DNA of 64,000 nucleotides from Ignavibacteria bacterium (lineage in GTDB: Bacteria; Bacteroidota; Ignavibacteria; Kapaibacteriales; UBA2268). The notes under the pieces are model-generated. The model made no database searches. It had not been told where the DNA came from and was given only the letters and a program-made list of their open reading frames with translations. The translations under genes and the position numbers were made by a program. The stretch spans positions 13,597 to 77,596 of the forward strand of contig JBBIJO010000010.1 in NCBI GenBank assembly GCA_037445895.1, written 5' to 3'. Shown here one piece after another: positions 19,002 through 28,149 of the stretch (the stretch's first letter is position 1; each line of letters begins with the position of its first letter).

Positions 19002-20319
19002 GCCGAGCAAGGTAGCAGAGAGAATTGTTAAAGAATTAACAAGAATTGAACCAGTTGTTATAAGCGGAAGAGTAACAAAAGTAATAGGTCTTGTATTAGA
19101 AAGTGAAGGTCCAAAAGCCAAAATAGGGGAAATTTGCAACTTAATTAACAAGAAGGGGAAGATTGTTAGCCGTTCGGAAATTGTGGGTTTCCGAAATAAT
19201 CAAATCCTATCGATGGTATTAGGAGATTTAACCGAGATTGAGCCTGGCACTGAAATTGTGGCAACCGGTGATGCACTAAAAATTTTTGTAGGAGACGCAC
19301 TCCTCGGTAGAGTTCTCGATGGGCTTGGAAATCCGATTGATAGTAAGGGGAATATATTTACACCCGAACGACGTTCTGTTTATGCTTCGCCACCAAATCC
19401 TTTGCAACGGCAGCGTATTTCTCAACCAGTTGCAACGGGGATAAAAGCAATTGATGGGCTACTGACAATTGGTAAAGGACAAAGGGTTGGAATATTTTCC
19501 GGCTCGGGTATTGGTAAGTCTACACTTCTTGGAATGATTGCCCGAAAAACTTCCGCAGACATAAACGTTATTGCCCTTATTGGAGAACGAGGACGTGAAG
19601 TAAGGGAATTTTTAGAAAAAGATCTTGGCGAAGAAGGTTTAAGCCGTTCTATAGTCATTGTTGCAACGAGTGATGCTCCTTCGCTCGTTCGAGTGAAGTC
19701 GGCTCTTGTTGCTACAACGATTGCAGAGTATTTCCGCGATAAAGGTCTCGATGTAATGTTAATGATGGATTCATCGACTCGTTTAGCAATGGCACAGCGC
19801 GAGATTGGACTTACAATTGGAGAACCTCCAACAACAAAAGGTTATACCCCAAGTGTATTTGCTCTTATGCAAAAGGTTATGGAACGAGCTGGGACAAGTA
19901 TCCAAGGTTCAATCACCGGACTATATACTGTCCTTGTCGAAGGCGACGATTTGAACGAACCAGTAGCCGATGCTGCTCGCGGAATTTTGGATGGCCATAT
20001 TGTTCTTTCCAGAAAGCTTGCTTCTCTTGGACATTACCCCGCTATTGATGTCCTCGAAAGCATAAGCAGAGTTATGAATGACATTATTACACCTGAACAT
20101 AAAAAAGCCGCATCGGCGGCAATCGAACTTCTTGCAATATATAAAAATTCTGAAGACTTAATTAGTGTTGGAGCTTACCAAAAAGGAACAAATCCTAAAA
20201 TCGACAAAGCGATTGCCTTCCACGACGTAATCAATGCTTTCCTTCGTCAGGAAATCGACGAAACTCATACATTAGAAGCAACTGTTCAAAAGCTAATTGA
20301 AATTACATCGAAGGTATAA
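18976..20319 (+). CDS. fliI: flagellum-specific ATPase FliI
   Basis: Walker A GSGIGKST, Walker B VMLMMDS, and an F1/T3SS ATPase fold signature. The ATG at 18994 (MFEPSK) is the likelier start. Confidence 0.93.
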   Translation: MKLVWKMFEPSKVAERIVKELTRIEPVVISGRVTKVIGLVLESEGPKAKIGEICNLINKKGKIVSRSEIVGFRNNQILSMVLGDLTEIEPGTEIVATGDALKIFVGDALLGRVLDGLGNPIDSKGNIFTPERRSVYASPPNPLQRQRISQPVATGIKAIDGLLTIGKGQRVGIFSGSGIGKSTLLGMIARKTSADINVIALIGERGREVREFLEKDLGEEGLSRSIVIVATSDAPSLVRVKSALVATTIAEYFRDKGLDVMLMMDSSTRLAMAQREIGLTIGEPPTTKGYTPSVFALMQKVMERAGTSIQGSITGLYTVLVEGDDLNEPVADAARGILDGHIVLSRKLASLGHYPAIDVLESISRVMNDIITPEHKKAASAAIELLAIYKNSEDLISVGAYQKGTNPKIDKAIAFHDVINAFLRQEIDETHTLEATVQKLIEITSKV

Positions 20320-20321
20320 AA

Positions 20322-20768
20322 ATGCCAAAGAAATTCGTTTTTCGGCTCGAGAGCTTGCTGAATTTAAAAGCACACAAAGTCAAGGAAATCGAAGAAGCAA
20401 TCCAAAAAGTTTTGTATTTTCGCCATCGTACCGAAGAGGAAATACGAAAACAGGAGGAATATCTACGAAGTATTTCCAACGGAAACAGTGGGCGTTTTAA
20501 AATCCTCGATTTACAAGCCCAAGTTAACCACAAAGAATATATCGCCGCAGAGATTGAGAAACTACAGATACAACTCGAACGCATAATTGAAATTGAAAGT
20601 ATTTATCGCGCTCGGCTTACCGAAGCGATGAAAGAGGAAAAAATACTTGAAAAATTGAAAGACAAAAAACTCGAAACATATAATGAAGAATTAAAAAAAG
20701 AGGAAACAAAACATCTCGATGAAATTTCGATTAACAAGGAAATCCGTAAAACCAACCCCGAGGCATAA
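20322..20768 (+). CDS. fliJ: flagellar export chaperone FliJ
   Basis: 148-aa coiled-coil protein immediately after fliI. N-terminal FRLESLLNLKAHKVKE is typical of FliJ. Confidence 0.75.
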   Translation: MPKKFVFRLESLLNLKAHKVKEIEEAIQKVLYFRHRTEEEIRKQEEYLRSISNGNSGRFKILDLQAQVNHKEYIAAEIEKLQIQLERIIEIESIYRARLTEAMKEEKILEKLKDKKLETYNEELKKEETKHLDEISINKEIRKTNPEA

Positions 20769-20770
20769 CA

Positions 20771-21466
20771 GTGAATCTAAAGCAACTAATTATAATTATC
20801 TCTATAATCGTTGGCTCGCTTTTAACAATTCTGCTAATACTTTTTGCTATATATAAGTTTGCTCCACAAATTCTTGGGATTAAAAAAGAAGAAGAACCCG
20901 AAAAAACTGAAAAAATTGAGGAACTTCGTAGTGAACCTAAAATTGTCCTTTCGAAAAACCAATACGACAAATGGCTACAGAAGTCGTTCAATATTGAAGC
21001 AACATTAGCAGAAAACAAATTCTTAAATAATTATCAAAGGACACTGCTTGATTCTATTGTAAAATTAAACAATCAGATTTCAGATATTAGCAAAGAGTTG
21101 GCTATGCTTTCCGATTCAATAAAGCATACCAGTCAAACGCTTGCGGGCAAGGACAAAAAAATACAGGAATTACAATCACAAATCTCCGAAAAAGAAAATC
21201 GGATTACACAGCTCCAAAAAAGAATCGATAATGAGTCGTTTGGCGGGAAAGCAACCACCGATTCTGCAAAAAATGTTGTGTTGATGCAGTTTGCGAAAAT
21301 TTATGAAAATTCCGACCCGAAGGAAGTAGCAAAAATTATCGAGCATCTCGATAACAAAGAAGCTGCAAAAATATTGAAGTTTATGTCGAAGAAAAAAGCT
21401 GGCAAGATAATTGATGCTTTAAAGCCTGAACGAAGTGCTGAAATCCTTCAAACTTCGGTCAAGTGA
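20771..21466 (+). CDS. flagellar protein with MgtE-N-like domain (YlxF/MotE type)
   Basis: 231 aa. N-terminal TM helix, coiled coil, and C-terminal PKEVAKIIEHLDNKEAAKILKFMSKKKAGKIIDALKPERSAEIL. It occupies the same position as ylxF in the Bacillus fla/che operon. Confidence 0.7.
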   Translation: MNLKQLIIIISIIVGSLLTILLILFAIYKFAPQILGIKKEEEPEKTEKIEELRSEPKIVLSKNQYDKWLQKSFNIEATLAENKFLNNYQRTLLDSIVKLNNQISDISKELAMLSDSIKHTSQTLAGKDKKIQELQSQISEKENRITQLQKRIDNESFGGKATTDSAKNVVLMQFAKIYENSDPKEVAKIIEHLDNKEAAKILKFMSKKKAGKIIDALKPERSAEILQTSVK

Positions 21467-21502
21467 AATAGTAAGTTCTTTATAAACAATAGATTAGGCA
21501 GG

Positions 21503-22831
21503 ATGCCAAAAATGATAGCAAGGATGCAAGTAGCAATCAAGTCGAATATTCACCACAAACCGATATCGAAATCGGACCAACCGTCTAAAATTAAACAACA
21601 TAACCAAAAAACGTCTTCCGCTCGAAATATAGATTCTGTTTCCGAACTTAATTATTTTCTTGCCTTTTTGCAAAGCCAATTACATCTAAAAGTTGCAGCA
21701 ACATCTAAAAATACAATTAACAATCCCGCAAGCGACTTTACGCAGGAAGAATACAGCAGTAACGAAAATGCTTTATCTTCCCTTTTCAAGTTGAGTCAAT
21801 TCGGTAGCAACAGTGCCATAGTTAGGCAATTAGGTGCATTGCCGGATGAACTGTCCGGGCTAGAAAAGGATTCAAAAATCATACAAAATATTGGGAAATG
21901 GAAACTACCTACAAGTGAAACCAAAGTTTCTACAAATGATGCAAATAATTTATTGGAATATTTGAAGTCAGTTGGATACACTGGGATTAAGCTGAAGAAT
22001 CTCAGGGAAGGAAACTTCGACAACGAAGCGATTCGGCTTCTTCCCGATTTTCGACAGAGTATGAAGAACATTAATCAAGGAACTATACAAAAGGCAGACT
22101 CCAACGATGTCTTAACTGGTAAGGGCAGTTCGAAGATTAATTTAGTTTTTGAGCATAGCCCAGAATTTGAAAATTTTGACAATTTGCATCAAAAGATTCG
22201 CAAACAAGAAATTGACCAACTGTCGAAAGTTGAACAAGAAAAAGTTGAAATTACAACTGAACGGAGCTCATTTAAAATTTTCGATAACCAATTGAAAGAC
22301 ATAGGACTTATTGCGAAAAATGCAAAAATATTGCAAGAAGTAGTTTCTCCTAAAGTTTTCGATAGTTCAAAACCCGATTATCAATCCCATACTCGTATTT
22401 TCTATTCGCGGTTAGAAGAAGTGCCCCAGAATGTAGTTTCGATGCTGAATTCTAATATAGAATTTCCAGCTCGTGCAGAAATCGTTTTGAATCCTAAGAC
22501 CTTTGGTATAATAATTGTCGAAATTAATGCGAGCAAAGACAAAGTCGAAGTGATGTTCAAAGTTCAAGCGCAAGAGACACTTAAAATGCTCGAAAACCAA
22601 GCTCCTATACTTCGCGATAGGCTACAAAATGCTGGTTTCGACAACCAAAGTATAGATTTACAATACAAGAGTTTCGAAAAGGAAGGAACTATGCACCAAG
22701 ACAAACAAGAGCAAAAACAAACGGAACAAAATCTGCTTCGCGATTTTATTCGAAGTTTTGCTTACTTAAAAGGAAATAATGAATTAGATTTTGAAAATTA
22801 TTCACAAAATACATTGGAGGCGTTATGGTAA
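21503..22831 (+). CDS. fliK: flagellar hook-length control protein FliK
   Basis: 442 aa. C-terminal Flg_hook-type segment (AEIVLNPKTFGIIIVEINASKDKVEVMFKVQAQETLKMLENQAPILRDRLQNAGF). Position before flgD. Confidence 0.75.
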   Translation: MPKMIARMQVAIKSNIHHKPISKSDQPSKIKQHNQKTSSARNIDSVSELNYFLAFLQSQLHLKVAATSKNTINNPASDFTQEEYSSNENALSSLFKLSQFGSNSAIVRQLGALPDELSGLEKDSKIIQNIGKWKLPTSETKVSTNDANNLLEYLKSVGYTGIKLKNLREGNFDNEAIRLLPDFRQSMKNINQGTIQKADSNDVLTGKGSSKINLVFEHSPEFENFDNLHQKIRKQEIDQLSKVEQEKVEITTERSSFKIFDNQLKDIGLIAKNAKILQEVVSPKVFDSSKPDYQSHTRIFYSRLEEVPQNVVSMLNSNIEFPARAEIVLNPKTFGIIIVEINASKDKVEVMFKVQAQETLKMLENQAPILRDRLQNAGFDNQSIDLQYKSFEKEGTMHQDKQEQKQTEQNLLRDFIRSFAYLKGNNELDFENYSQNTLEALW

Positions 22832-23514
22832 GTGGAGTTCAAGCGACGAAGTTGGGCACATCTATGTTGTCGAAACAAGCCCAGCAAACTACCACGACAC
22901 TCGGGAAAGATGACTTTCTAAAGTTACTTACAATGCAACTAAAAGCACAAAATCCTATGAAACCAATCGATAATATGGAATTTGCAACCCAATTAGCCCA
23001 GTTTTCCCAACTCGAGCAGTTAACAAACATTCGTTCATTACTCGAAAATCAAAATTCTATTTTCGAAACGTTAGCCGAAAATTTACAGGCAACCTCTATG
23101 TCTGCTGTGCTTGGTGAATTTGCAACTGCATATTCCAATAAGTTAAACTTCGACGGAGAAAATCAAGCTACTCTTGGATTCAAACTCGATTCAACTATGC
23201 AAAAAGGGGAAATTATTATTAAAGATGCGTCGGGTAAAGAAGTTCGGCGTATTACTCTTGACCCGACTATGCTTAGTAGCGGGGAACATATCGTAAGTTG
23301 GGATGGAACCGACAATCAGAACAACAAACTTCCAAAAGGAGAGTATACATTTCAGGTTGTAGTATCGAATATGCAAGGAAGCACATTTAACGCCGAGACA
23401 TTTACTTATGGGAAAATTCAGGCAATTCGGTTCAAACCAGAAGGAACAGTAATTGTAATCGATAACATCGAGATTCCTTTAAAGAACTTAATATCAATCA
23501 ATACGAAAGTATAG
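22825..23514 (+). CDS. flgD: flagellar hook capping/assembly protein FlgD
   Basis: 229 aa. LGKDDFLKLLTMQLKAQNPMKPIDNMEFATQLAQFSQLEQL is the FlgD N-terminal signature. Confidence 0.9.
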   Translation: MVSGVQATKLGTSMLSKQAQQTTTTLGKDDFLKLLTMQLKAQNPMKPIDNMEFATQLAQFSQLEQLTNIRSLLENQNSIFETLAENLQATSMSAVLGEFATAYSNKLNFDGENQATLGFKLDSTMQKGEIIIKDASGKEVRRITLDPTMLSSGEHIVSWDGTDNQNNKLPKGEYTFQVVVSNMQGSTFNAETFTYGKIQAIRFKPEGTVIVIDNIEIPLKNLISINTKV

Positions 23515-23524
23515 GAGCAAGTGT

Positions 23525-23914
23525 ATGTCCGAAGTCGATGGGGTTCGTTTGCCGTTTATTCCAATTGGTAGCGTTGAAGCGCCAAAAAAGCCATCTGTTC
23601 ACCCTCAGTCATTTGCCAATAGTAGCGAGTTTCAACGGATATTTGACAACGAGGTTGTTTCTTTAAAGTTTTCGGCTCATGCAAAATCGCGAATCGTTAG
23701 CCGTGATGTTGGAATTACCCCCGACGAGTTAAGTAAACTCGAGCGAGCAGTCGAAAGCGCCGAAGAAAAAGGTGGGCGCGAAAGCTTGGTAATTCTTGGG
23801 GAGAAATCGTTTCTTGTTTCGATTCCGAATCGAACAGTTGTAACTGTTTTTTCGAATAAAAGTATGGGAAAAAATGTGGTAACAAATATTGATAGTGTTG
23901 TTTTTGGAGGATAA
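23525..23914 (+). CDS. flagellar operon protein (TIGR02530-like)
   Basis: 129 aa between flgD and flgE. FSAHAKSRIVSRDVGITPDELSKLERAV resembles the small flagellar operon protein found at this position in Firmicutes and spirochaetes. This is from recall only. Confidence 0.55.
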   Translation: MSEVDGVRLPFIPIGSVEAPKKPSVHPQSFANSSEFQRIFDNEVVSLKFSAHAKSRIVSRDVGITPDELSKLERAVESAEEKGGRESLVILGEKSFLVSIPNRTVVTVFSNKSMGKNVVTNIDSVVFGG

Positions 23915-24015
23915 AAGAGGAGCTGGACCTTGTCTGGTGGCAGGATGCTCCTACCAAAAACTCTGAACGACCGAGGAGTTTTTAAACAAAATGTTAAATA
24001 ATAAATGGAGGTTTT

Positions 24016-25338
24016 ATGGCAATATCGCGTGCTTTACTCATTGGGGTAAGTTCTCTGCGTAGCAACCAGCGTAGGTTCGACGTTATAGCAAATAACGTCG
24101 CTAATATCAACACAACGGGCTTCAAGGGTTCTCGTGCTAATTTTGTTGAGCAATTGAACCAAATATACAAGCGCGGTCGAGGGCCCGATATTGTAAGCGG
24201 AAGGGAAGCTGGGGGAGTTTCCCCCGTTCAATATGGATTAGGTGTTCGTATTGGTTCAATTTCACCAGATATGACCCAAGGCGTTATCGAAACAACAGGA
24301 AGACCATTGGATATGGCTATTCAGGGCGATGGTTTCTTCATTTACAATTTGTTTGGTGTTCAATACTTTTCTCGTTCAGCACCAATAATTCGTGATAGCG
24401 AAGGCTTTTTTGTCGATCCTACTACCGGAGCGATTCTGCAAGGATACAACGTTGTTCGTGATGCTAATGGCTTCATCGTTAAAGATGCAGATGGAAAAGC
24501 AACACTAAATAAAGTAGCTCAAAATCTTCAAATTGCTTCGACGACTTTTTCGCGACCAAACCAAACCCAAAACATTCGGTTAAGTGGCAATCTAAATTCA
24601 ACAGCCAAAGAAAATGATACAGCAGTTACAAGTATTATGATTTACGATAATCAAGGTGCTACTCATACTTTGAAGTTCACATTCACAAAAACTGCAAATC
24701 CGAATGAATGGACACTTTCGGCACAAATTGATGGGAACGATTTAACTTTAGCAAATAATACAATAACTTTTAACACGGATGGTTCACTCGATTCGCCTAC
24801 TAGCTTGACTTTAACCGCACAACAACTAAATCAGGCGTTGAACCAAACAGTATTCGACGAAACAACACCCAAAGATGTTACTGTTGAATTGGCTCCAAGC
24901 GGGAGTGCTACGCAGGGAATAACTCAGTATTCCGGTGCGAATACAGTAAGTTTTGTTTTCCAAGATGGTTTTGGTGTTGGCGATATTGCCGATATTGCTA
25001 TTGACGATATGGGGAAAATTTGGGGAACTTTTACAAATGGACAAACTGAACTTCTTGGTCAAGTGGCTCTCGCTCGTTTTCCAAATCCCGACGCGCTAAT
25101 TCGTGAAGGCAATAATTATTTTTCGGTATCACCCGACAGCGGAATTCCTGTGTTGGGAACAGCTTTCGAAACATTCGGTTCGACGAGTATCGTTTCTGGT
25201 GCATTAGAGCAATCTAATGTGGATTTAGCTGAACAGTTTACCGAAATGATAACAACACAACGAGCCTACGAAGCTGCAGCACGGACGATAACAATTTCGG
25301 ACACACTTTTGGGAGAAATAAATCAACTGAAACGATAA
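24016..25338 (+). CDS. flgE: flagellar hook protein FlgE
   Basis: 440 aa. IANNVANINTTGFKGSR at the N-terminus and LEQSNVDLAEQFTEMITTQRAYEAAARTI at the C-terminus. GGAGG SD site. Confidence 0.92.
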   Translation: MAISRALLIGVSSLRSNQRRFDVIANNVANINTTGFKGSRANFVEQLNQIYKRGRGPDIVSGREAGGVSPVQYGLGVRIGSISPDMTQGVIETTGRPLDMAIQGDGFFIYNLFGVQYFSRSAPIIRDSEGFFVDPTTGAILQGYNVVRDANGFIVKDADGKATLNKVAQNLQIASTTFSRPNQTQNIRLSGNLNSTAKENDTAVTSIMIYDNQGATHTLKFTFTKTANPNEWTLSAQIDGNDLTLANNTITFNTDGSLDSPTSLTLTAQQLNQALNQTVFDETTPKDVTVELAPSGSATQGITQYSGANTVSFVFQDGFGVGDIADIAIDDMGKIWGTFTNGQTELLGQVALARFPNPDALIREGNNYFSVSPDSGIPVLGTAFETFGSTSIVSGALEQSNVDLAEQFTEMITTQRAYEAAARTITISDTLLGEINQLKR

Positions 25339-25402
25339 CAAAAAACAATTCGGTAACTAAGAAATTTGCAATTATTGACTATTGAGCATTTTTTGATTAT
25401 TT

Positions 25403-25430
25403 AAGGCTGCCTCGGTGCCGAGGCAGCCTT
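25403..25430. terminator. bidirectional rho-independent terminator between flgE and the E2 gene
   Basis: Perfect 12-bp stem AAGGCTGCCTCG / CGAGGCAGCCTT with loop GTGC. It is flanked by T-rich and A-rich runs and sits between convergent genes. Confidence 0.85.
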
Positions 25431-25481
25431 ATTTTACAATGTTGTATTGAAGTTATAAAAGTTGTTCGAATCTCAACAATT

Positions 25482-27185
25482 TTACATTACGAGTGTGGTT
25501 TCGTTCTGTGCTTCGAGCAGACGAACTAATTCAGTAAGGTAAAGACCTGCTAACATACCATCGATGACTCTATGGTCGTAAGTCAACGAAACGTAAGCCA
25601 TATAGCGAACGACAACTACATCTTCCTCTTCGATAGTTTTTACTACTGGTCGTTTTTGGATAGCACCTACACCTAAAATTGCGGTTTGAGGCTGGTTGAT
25701 AACTGGAGTTCCAAAAAGAGTTCCAAAAGTCCCAACATTCGTCAAAGTGAGTGTGCCGCCTTGAATCTCGTCGGGGTTGAGTTTCTTGGTTCTGGCTCGA
25801 GTTGAAAGGTCGTATATCGCTCTTGCTAAGCCAGCCAAACTCAATGCGTCGGCATTTTTAATTACTGGGACAATCAAATTTCCATCCCCAAGTGCAGTTG
25901 CAATTCCAAGGTGAACCCTTTTGTGTTGAATAATATTCGTTCCATCAACACTAACGTTGACTCGTAGATATGCTCGTGTAGCTTCGACAGCAGCTTTGGC
26001 AAAGAAAGGAGTAAAGGTAAGCTTAAACCCTTCTTTCCTTTCGAATTCATTTTTGTATTTTTCGCGAAAACGCACCATACCAGTAACATCTGCTTCGTGG
26101 ATGCTTGTTACGTGGGCAGATGTTTGTTTCGAAAAAACCATATGTTGAGCAATTAGTTGGCGAACACGATCCATCGGGATGATTTCAGTGTCGGGACCAT
26201 AGGTAGGTATGCTCGGCGGTGAATAAGCAATCTCGGTAGCCGAAGCTGCAGATGGTTCAAATGTAGTTGCTAGTTGTTTCGTTGAAGTAACAACTTCGGG
26301 ACGCGATTTCTTATATTCGATATATTTTAATAAGTCGTCTTTTGTTACTCTCCCATCGACCCCACTGCCTTGTATTGTTCTCAATTCGTCGAGCGAAATT
26401 CCTTCCTCCTTTGCGATTTTGCGAACGACAGGAGAAAAGAAATATTTACCTTCCCTTGATTGAGACGCAGTTTCAGATTCTTTAATTTGTTTGGAAGGAA
26501 CATTAATTTCTTCCTTTGTGGATGCCGTTTTTGGGATTTCTTGCGCAATGGCAAAAGTTTTTCTCTCGACGCTCGATACTGTTCCGCTTGTCGATATTTT
26601 CGCAATTGTTGCTCCTACGGGAACGGTCTGGTTTTCTTCGGCAATGATTTCGACAACAACACCGGCAACTGGCGAGGGGACTTCGGTATCGACTTTATCG
26701 GTCGAGATTTCCAAAATCATTTCGTCGCGTTCGACTCGGTCGCCAACCTTTTTCAACCAACGAAGAATTGTGCCTTCTTGTAATGATTCTCCCATCTTTG
26801 GCATTACAACATCGACAATATTACTCGAATCAACGTTTTCGAAGGAAGGTTGTTCTTTGTCTTCTTTTGGCTTTTGTGTTTCGGTAGTAGAAGTTGTTTC
26901 TGGAATTGGTGCTTTATGTTGTAGTTCCGAACCGACGACGGCATTATCTTCGGTTTCAATGCGAGCAATTACATTACCAACGGGTATAGTCTGGTTTTCT
27001 TCGGCAATGATTTCGACAACAACACCGGCAACTGGCGAGGGGACTTCGGTATCGACTTTATCGGTCGAGATTTCCAAAATCATTTCGTCGCGTTCGACTC
27101 GGTCGCCAACCTTTTTCAACCAACGAAGAATTGTGCCTTCCTGCAACGATTCTCCCATCTTTGGCATTATAACATCTACTTTCAT
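25482..27185 (-). CDS. dihydrolipoamide acyltransferase (E2 of a 2-oxoacid dehydrogenase complex) with two lipoyl domains
   Basis: Two lipoyl domains (MPKMGESLQEGT...ISTDKVDTEVPSP), a subunit-binding domain (SPVVRKIAKEEGISL...GSGVDGRVTKDD), and the catalytic motif DHRVIDG. The ORF track begins at a TTG at 27206. The ATG at 27185 has GGAG 8 nt upstream. Confidence 0.9.
   Translation of the reverse strand: MKVDVIMPKMGESLQEGTILRWLKKVGDRVERDEMILEISTDKVDTEVPSPVAGVVVEIIAEENQTIPVGNVIARIETEDNAVVGSELQHKAPIPETTSTTETQKPKEDKEQPSFENVDSSNIVDVVMPKMGESLQEGTILRWLKKVGDRVERDEMILEISTDKVDTEVPSPVAGVVVEIIAEENQTVPVGATIAKISTSGTVSSVERKTFAIAQEIPKTASTKEEINVPSKQIKESETASQSREGKYFFSPVVRKIAKEEGISLDELRTIQGSGVDGRVTKDDLLKYIEYKKSRPEVVTSTKQLATTFEPSAASATEIAYSPPSIPTYGPDTEIIPMDRVRQLIAQHMVFSKQTSAHVTSIHEADVTGMVRFREKYKNEFERKEGFKLTFTPFFAKAAVEATRAYLRVNVSVDGTNIIQHKRVHLGIATALGDGNLIVPVIKNADALSLAGLARAIYDLSTRARTKKLNPDEIQGGTLTLTNVGTFGTLFGTPVINQPQTAILGVGAIQKRPVVKTIEEEDVVVVRYMAYVSLTYDHRVIDGMLAGLYLTELVRLLEAQNETTLVM
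26626..26816. repeat. lipoyl-domain DNA repeat, copy 1
   Basis: 26626-26777 is base-for-base identical to 26989-27140 (152 bp, offset 363 bp). The similarity continues for about 39 bp more with 5 mismatches. Confidence 0.95.
26989..27179. repeat. lipoyl-domain DNA repeat, copy 2
   Basis: See copy 1. This is an in-frame duplication 121 codons apart within the E2 gene. Confidence 0.95.
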
Positions 27186-27225
27186 ATCTAAACTCCATTT
27201 TTTCAAATTGATAAAATTAAGAAAG

Positions 27226-27233
27226 CAAAGTTA
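27226..27233 (-). promoter_or_regulatory. putative -7 box TAACTTTG upstream of the E2 gene
   Basis: The plus strand reads caaagtta, which is TAACTTTG on the minus strand. It lies 40 nt upstream of the ATG at 27185, inside the short gap after the upstream gene. Confidence 0.35.
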
Positions 27234-27238
27234 AAAAA

Positions 27239-27952
27239 TCATTTTTTGTAGAAAAAAAGATTTTTATCGAATTCTGGATTATAGTTGATATTTACAATGA
27301 CTATTTTGGTTTTTTTCTTGTCGTTCGATGTAATTTCGAGAGTTCTAGGTATTTTAATACCTTCGTAAGTAAAAAATTCTTTCGGGAAGACTCTAAAAAC
27401 ATAAGGAGATTGATAGAATTTGATTTCTTTATAATAATTAATAGTGCTCGATTTCCGAAGAAAATATTTTATAGTATCGTTTTCGTTGTTTATCACCTGG
27501 AAAGCCACGTAACCGGTATCGTTGGATACCAAATCTGTAGATTTGTAATGGTTAATCAGATTTTCGTCGAGAAACGAAAAAAGGTTTAGTATGTTCGACC
27601 GCATTCGTTTCAGTTCTTCGGGGAAAAGTTCGGTTGGTTCGAATATTTTTCGCGTAGGGTCAACTGTCCAACCGCTATCGTGAGTTATCACTGTGATTGC
27701 ATAATCCTTGCCAAAACGAATCTGTAAGCGGAGTGTGTCGGGGAAAATGCGGTGGTAAACAAATTCGAGCGAATCCTTGTTATCGTCAATAATCACACCT
27801 ATTATTTGGAACCTATGAGCTTTAATAAAGTCATTTGGCTTTACAATAACATTCCTGAATTTCTGGAACAATGTATCGGTGGTTTCGAAACCGAAACTAT
27901 CCCTGCAAAAAGTAAACAATATTATAATAATAAAGCCAAGTTTTATTTTCAT
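27239..27952 (-). CDS. secreted hypothetical protein (LolA-like layout)
   Basis: 237 aa. It has an N-terminal signal peptide. Size and C-terminal ...PEFDKNLFFYKK recall the pair at 8118-9545. Confidence 0.55.
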   Translation of the reverse strand: MKIKLGFIIIILFTFCRDSFGFETTDTLFQKFRNVIVKPNDFIKAHRFQIIGVIIDDNKDSLEFVYHRIFPDTLRLQIRFGKDYAITVITHDSGWTVDPTRKIFEPTELFPEELKRMRSNILNLFSFLDENLINHYKSTDLVSNDTGYVAFQVINNENDTIKYFLRKSSTINYYKEIKFYQSPYVFRVFPKEFFTYEGIKIPRTLEITSNDKKKTKIVIVNINYNPEFDKNLFFYKK

Positions 27953-28085
27953 AGATTACAAATAATAAAAACTTAAAGTCGAATTTAACACAATTTTATG
28001 TTATTTCCTGGATAAAAGTATAATTGAATTATGAGCAACACCAACAAGAGTTTGTGTTTTCAATAATGAGAGGACTTAATAGATT

Positions 28086-28113
28086 GAAAAAGGCAAATCC
28101 CCCCCGATTTGCC
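28086..28113 (-). terminator. rho-independent terminator of the flagellin gene
   Basis: On the minus strand: GGCAAATC-gggggg-GATTTGCC followed by TTTTT. It starts 37 nt after the flagellin stop. Confidence 0.8.
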
Positions 28114-28149
28114 CTAATTCGAGGTTTTGGTAGGAGTTGGTAACTTTTA

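Noticed and set aside
19245-19260. TGGCACtgaaaTTGTG inside fliI on the plus strand, another sigma-54-like match.
   Set aside because: It is intragenic, about 250 bp into fliI, with no obvious downstream unit needing its own promoter. I keep it as a caution that such near-matches can occur by chance. It could still be an internal promoter.
26491-27234. A 247-aa plus-strand ORF with an internal repeat (…SSAMISTTTPATGEGTSVSTLSVEISK… twice).
   Set aside because: It is the antisense shadow of the E2 gene. Its repeat simply mirrors the duplicated lipoyl-domain DNA, and the minus-strand frame has unambiguous E2 motifs.
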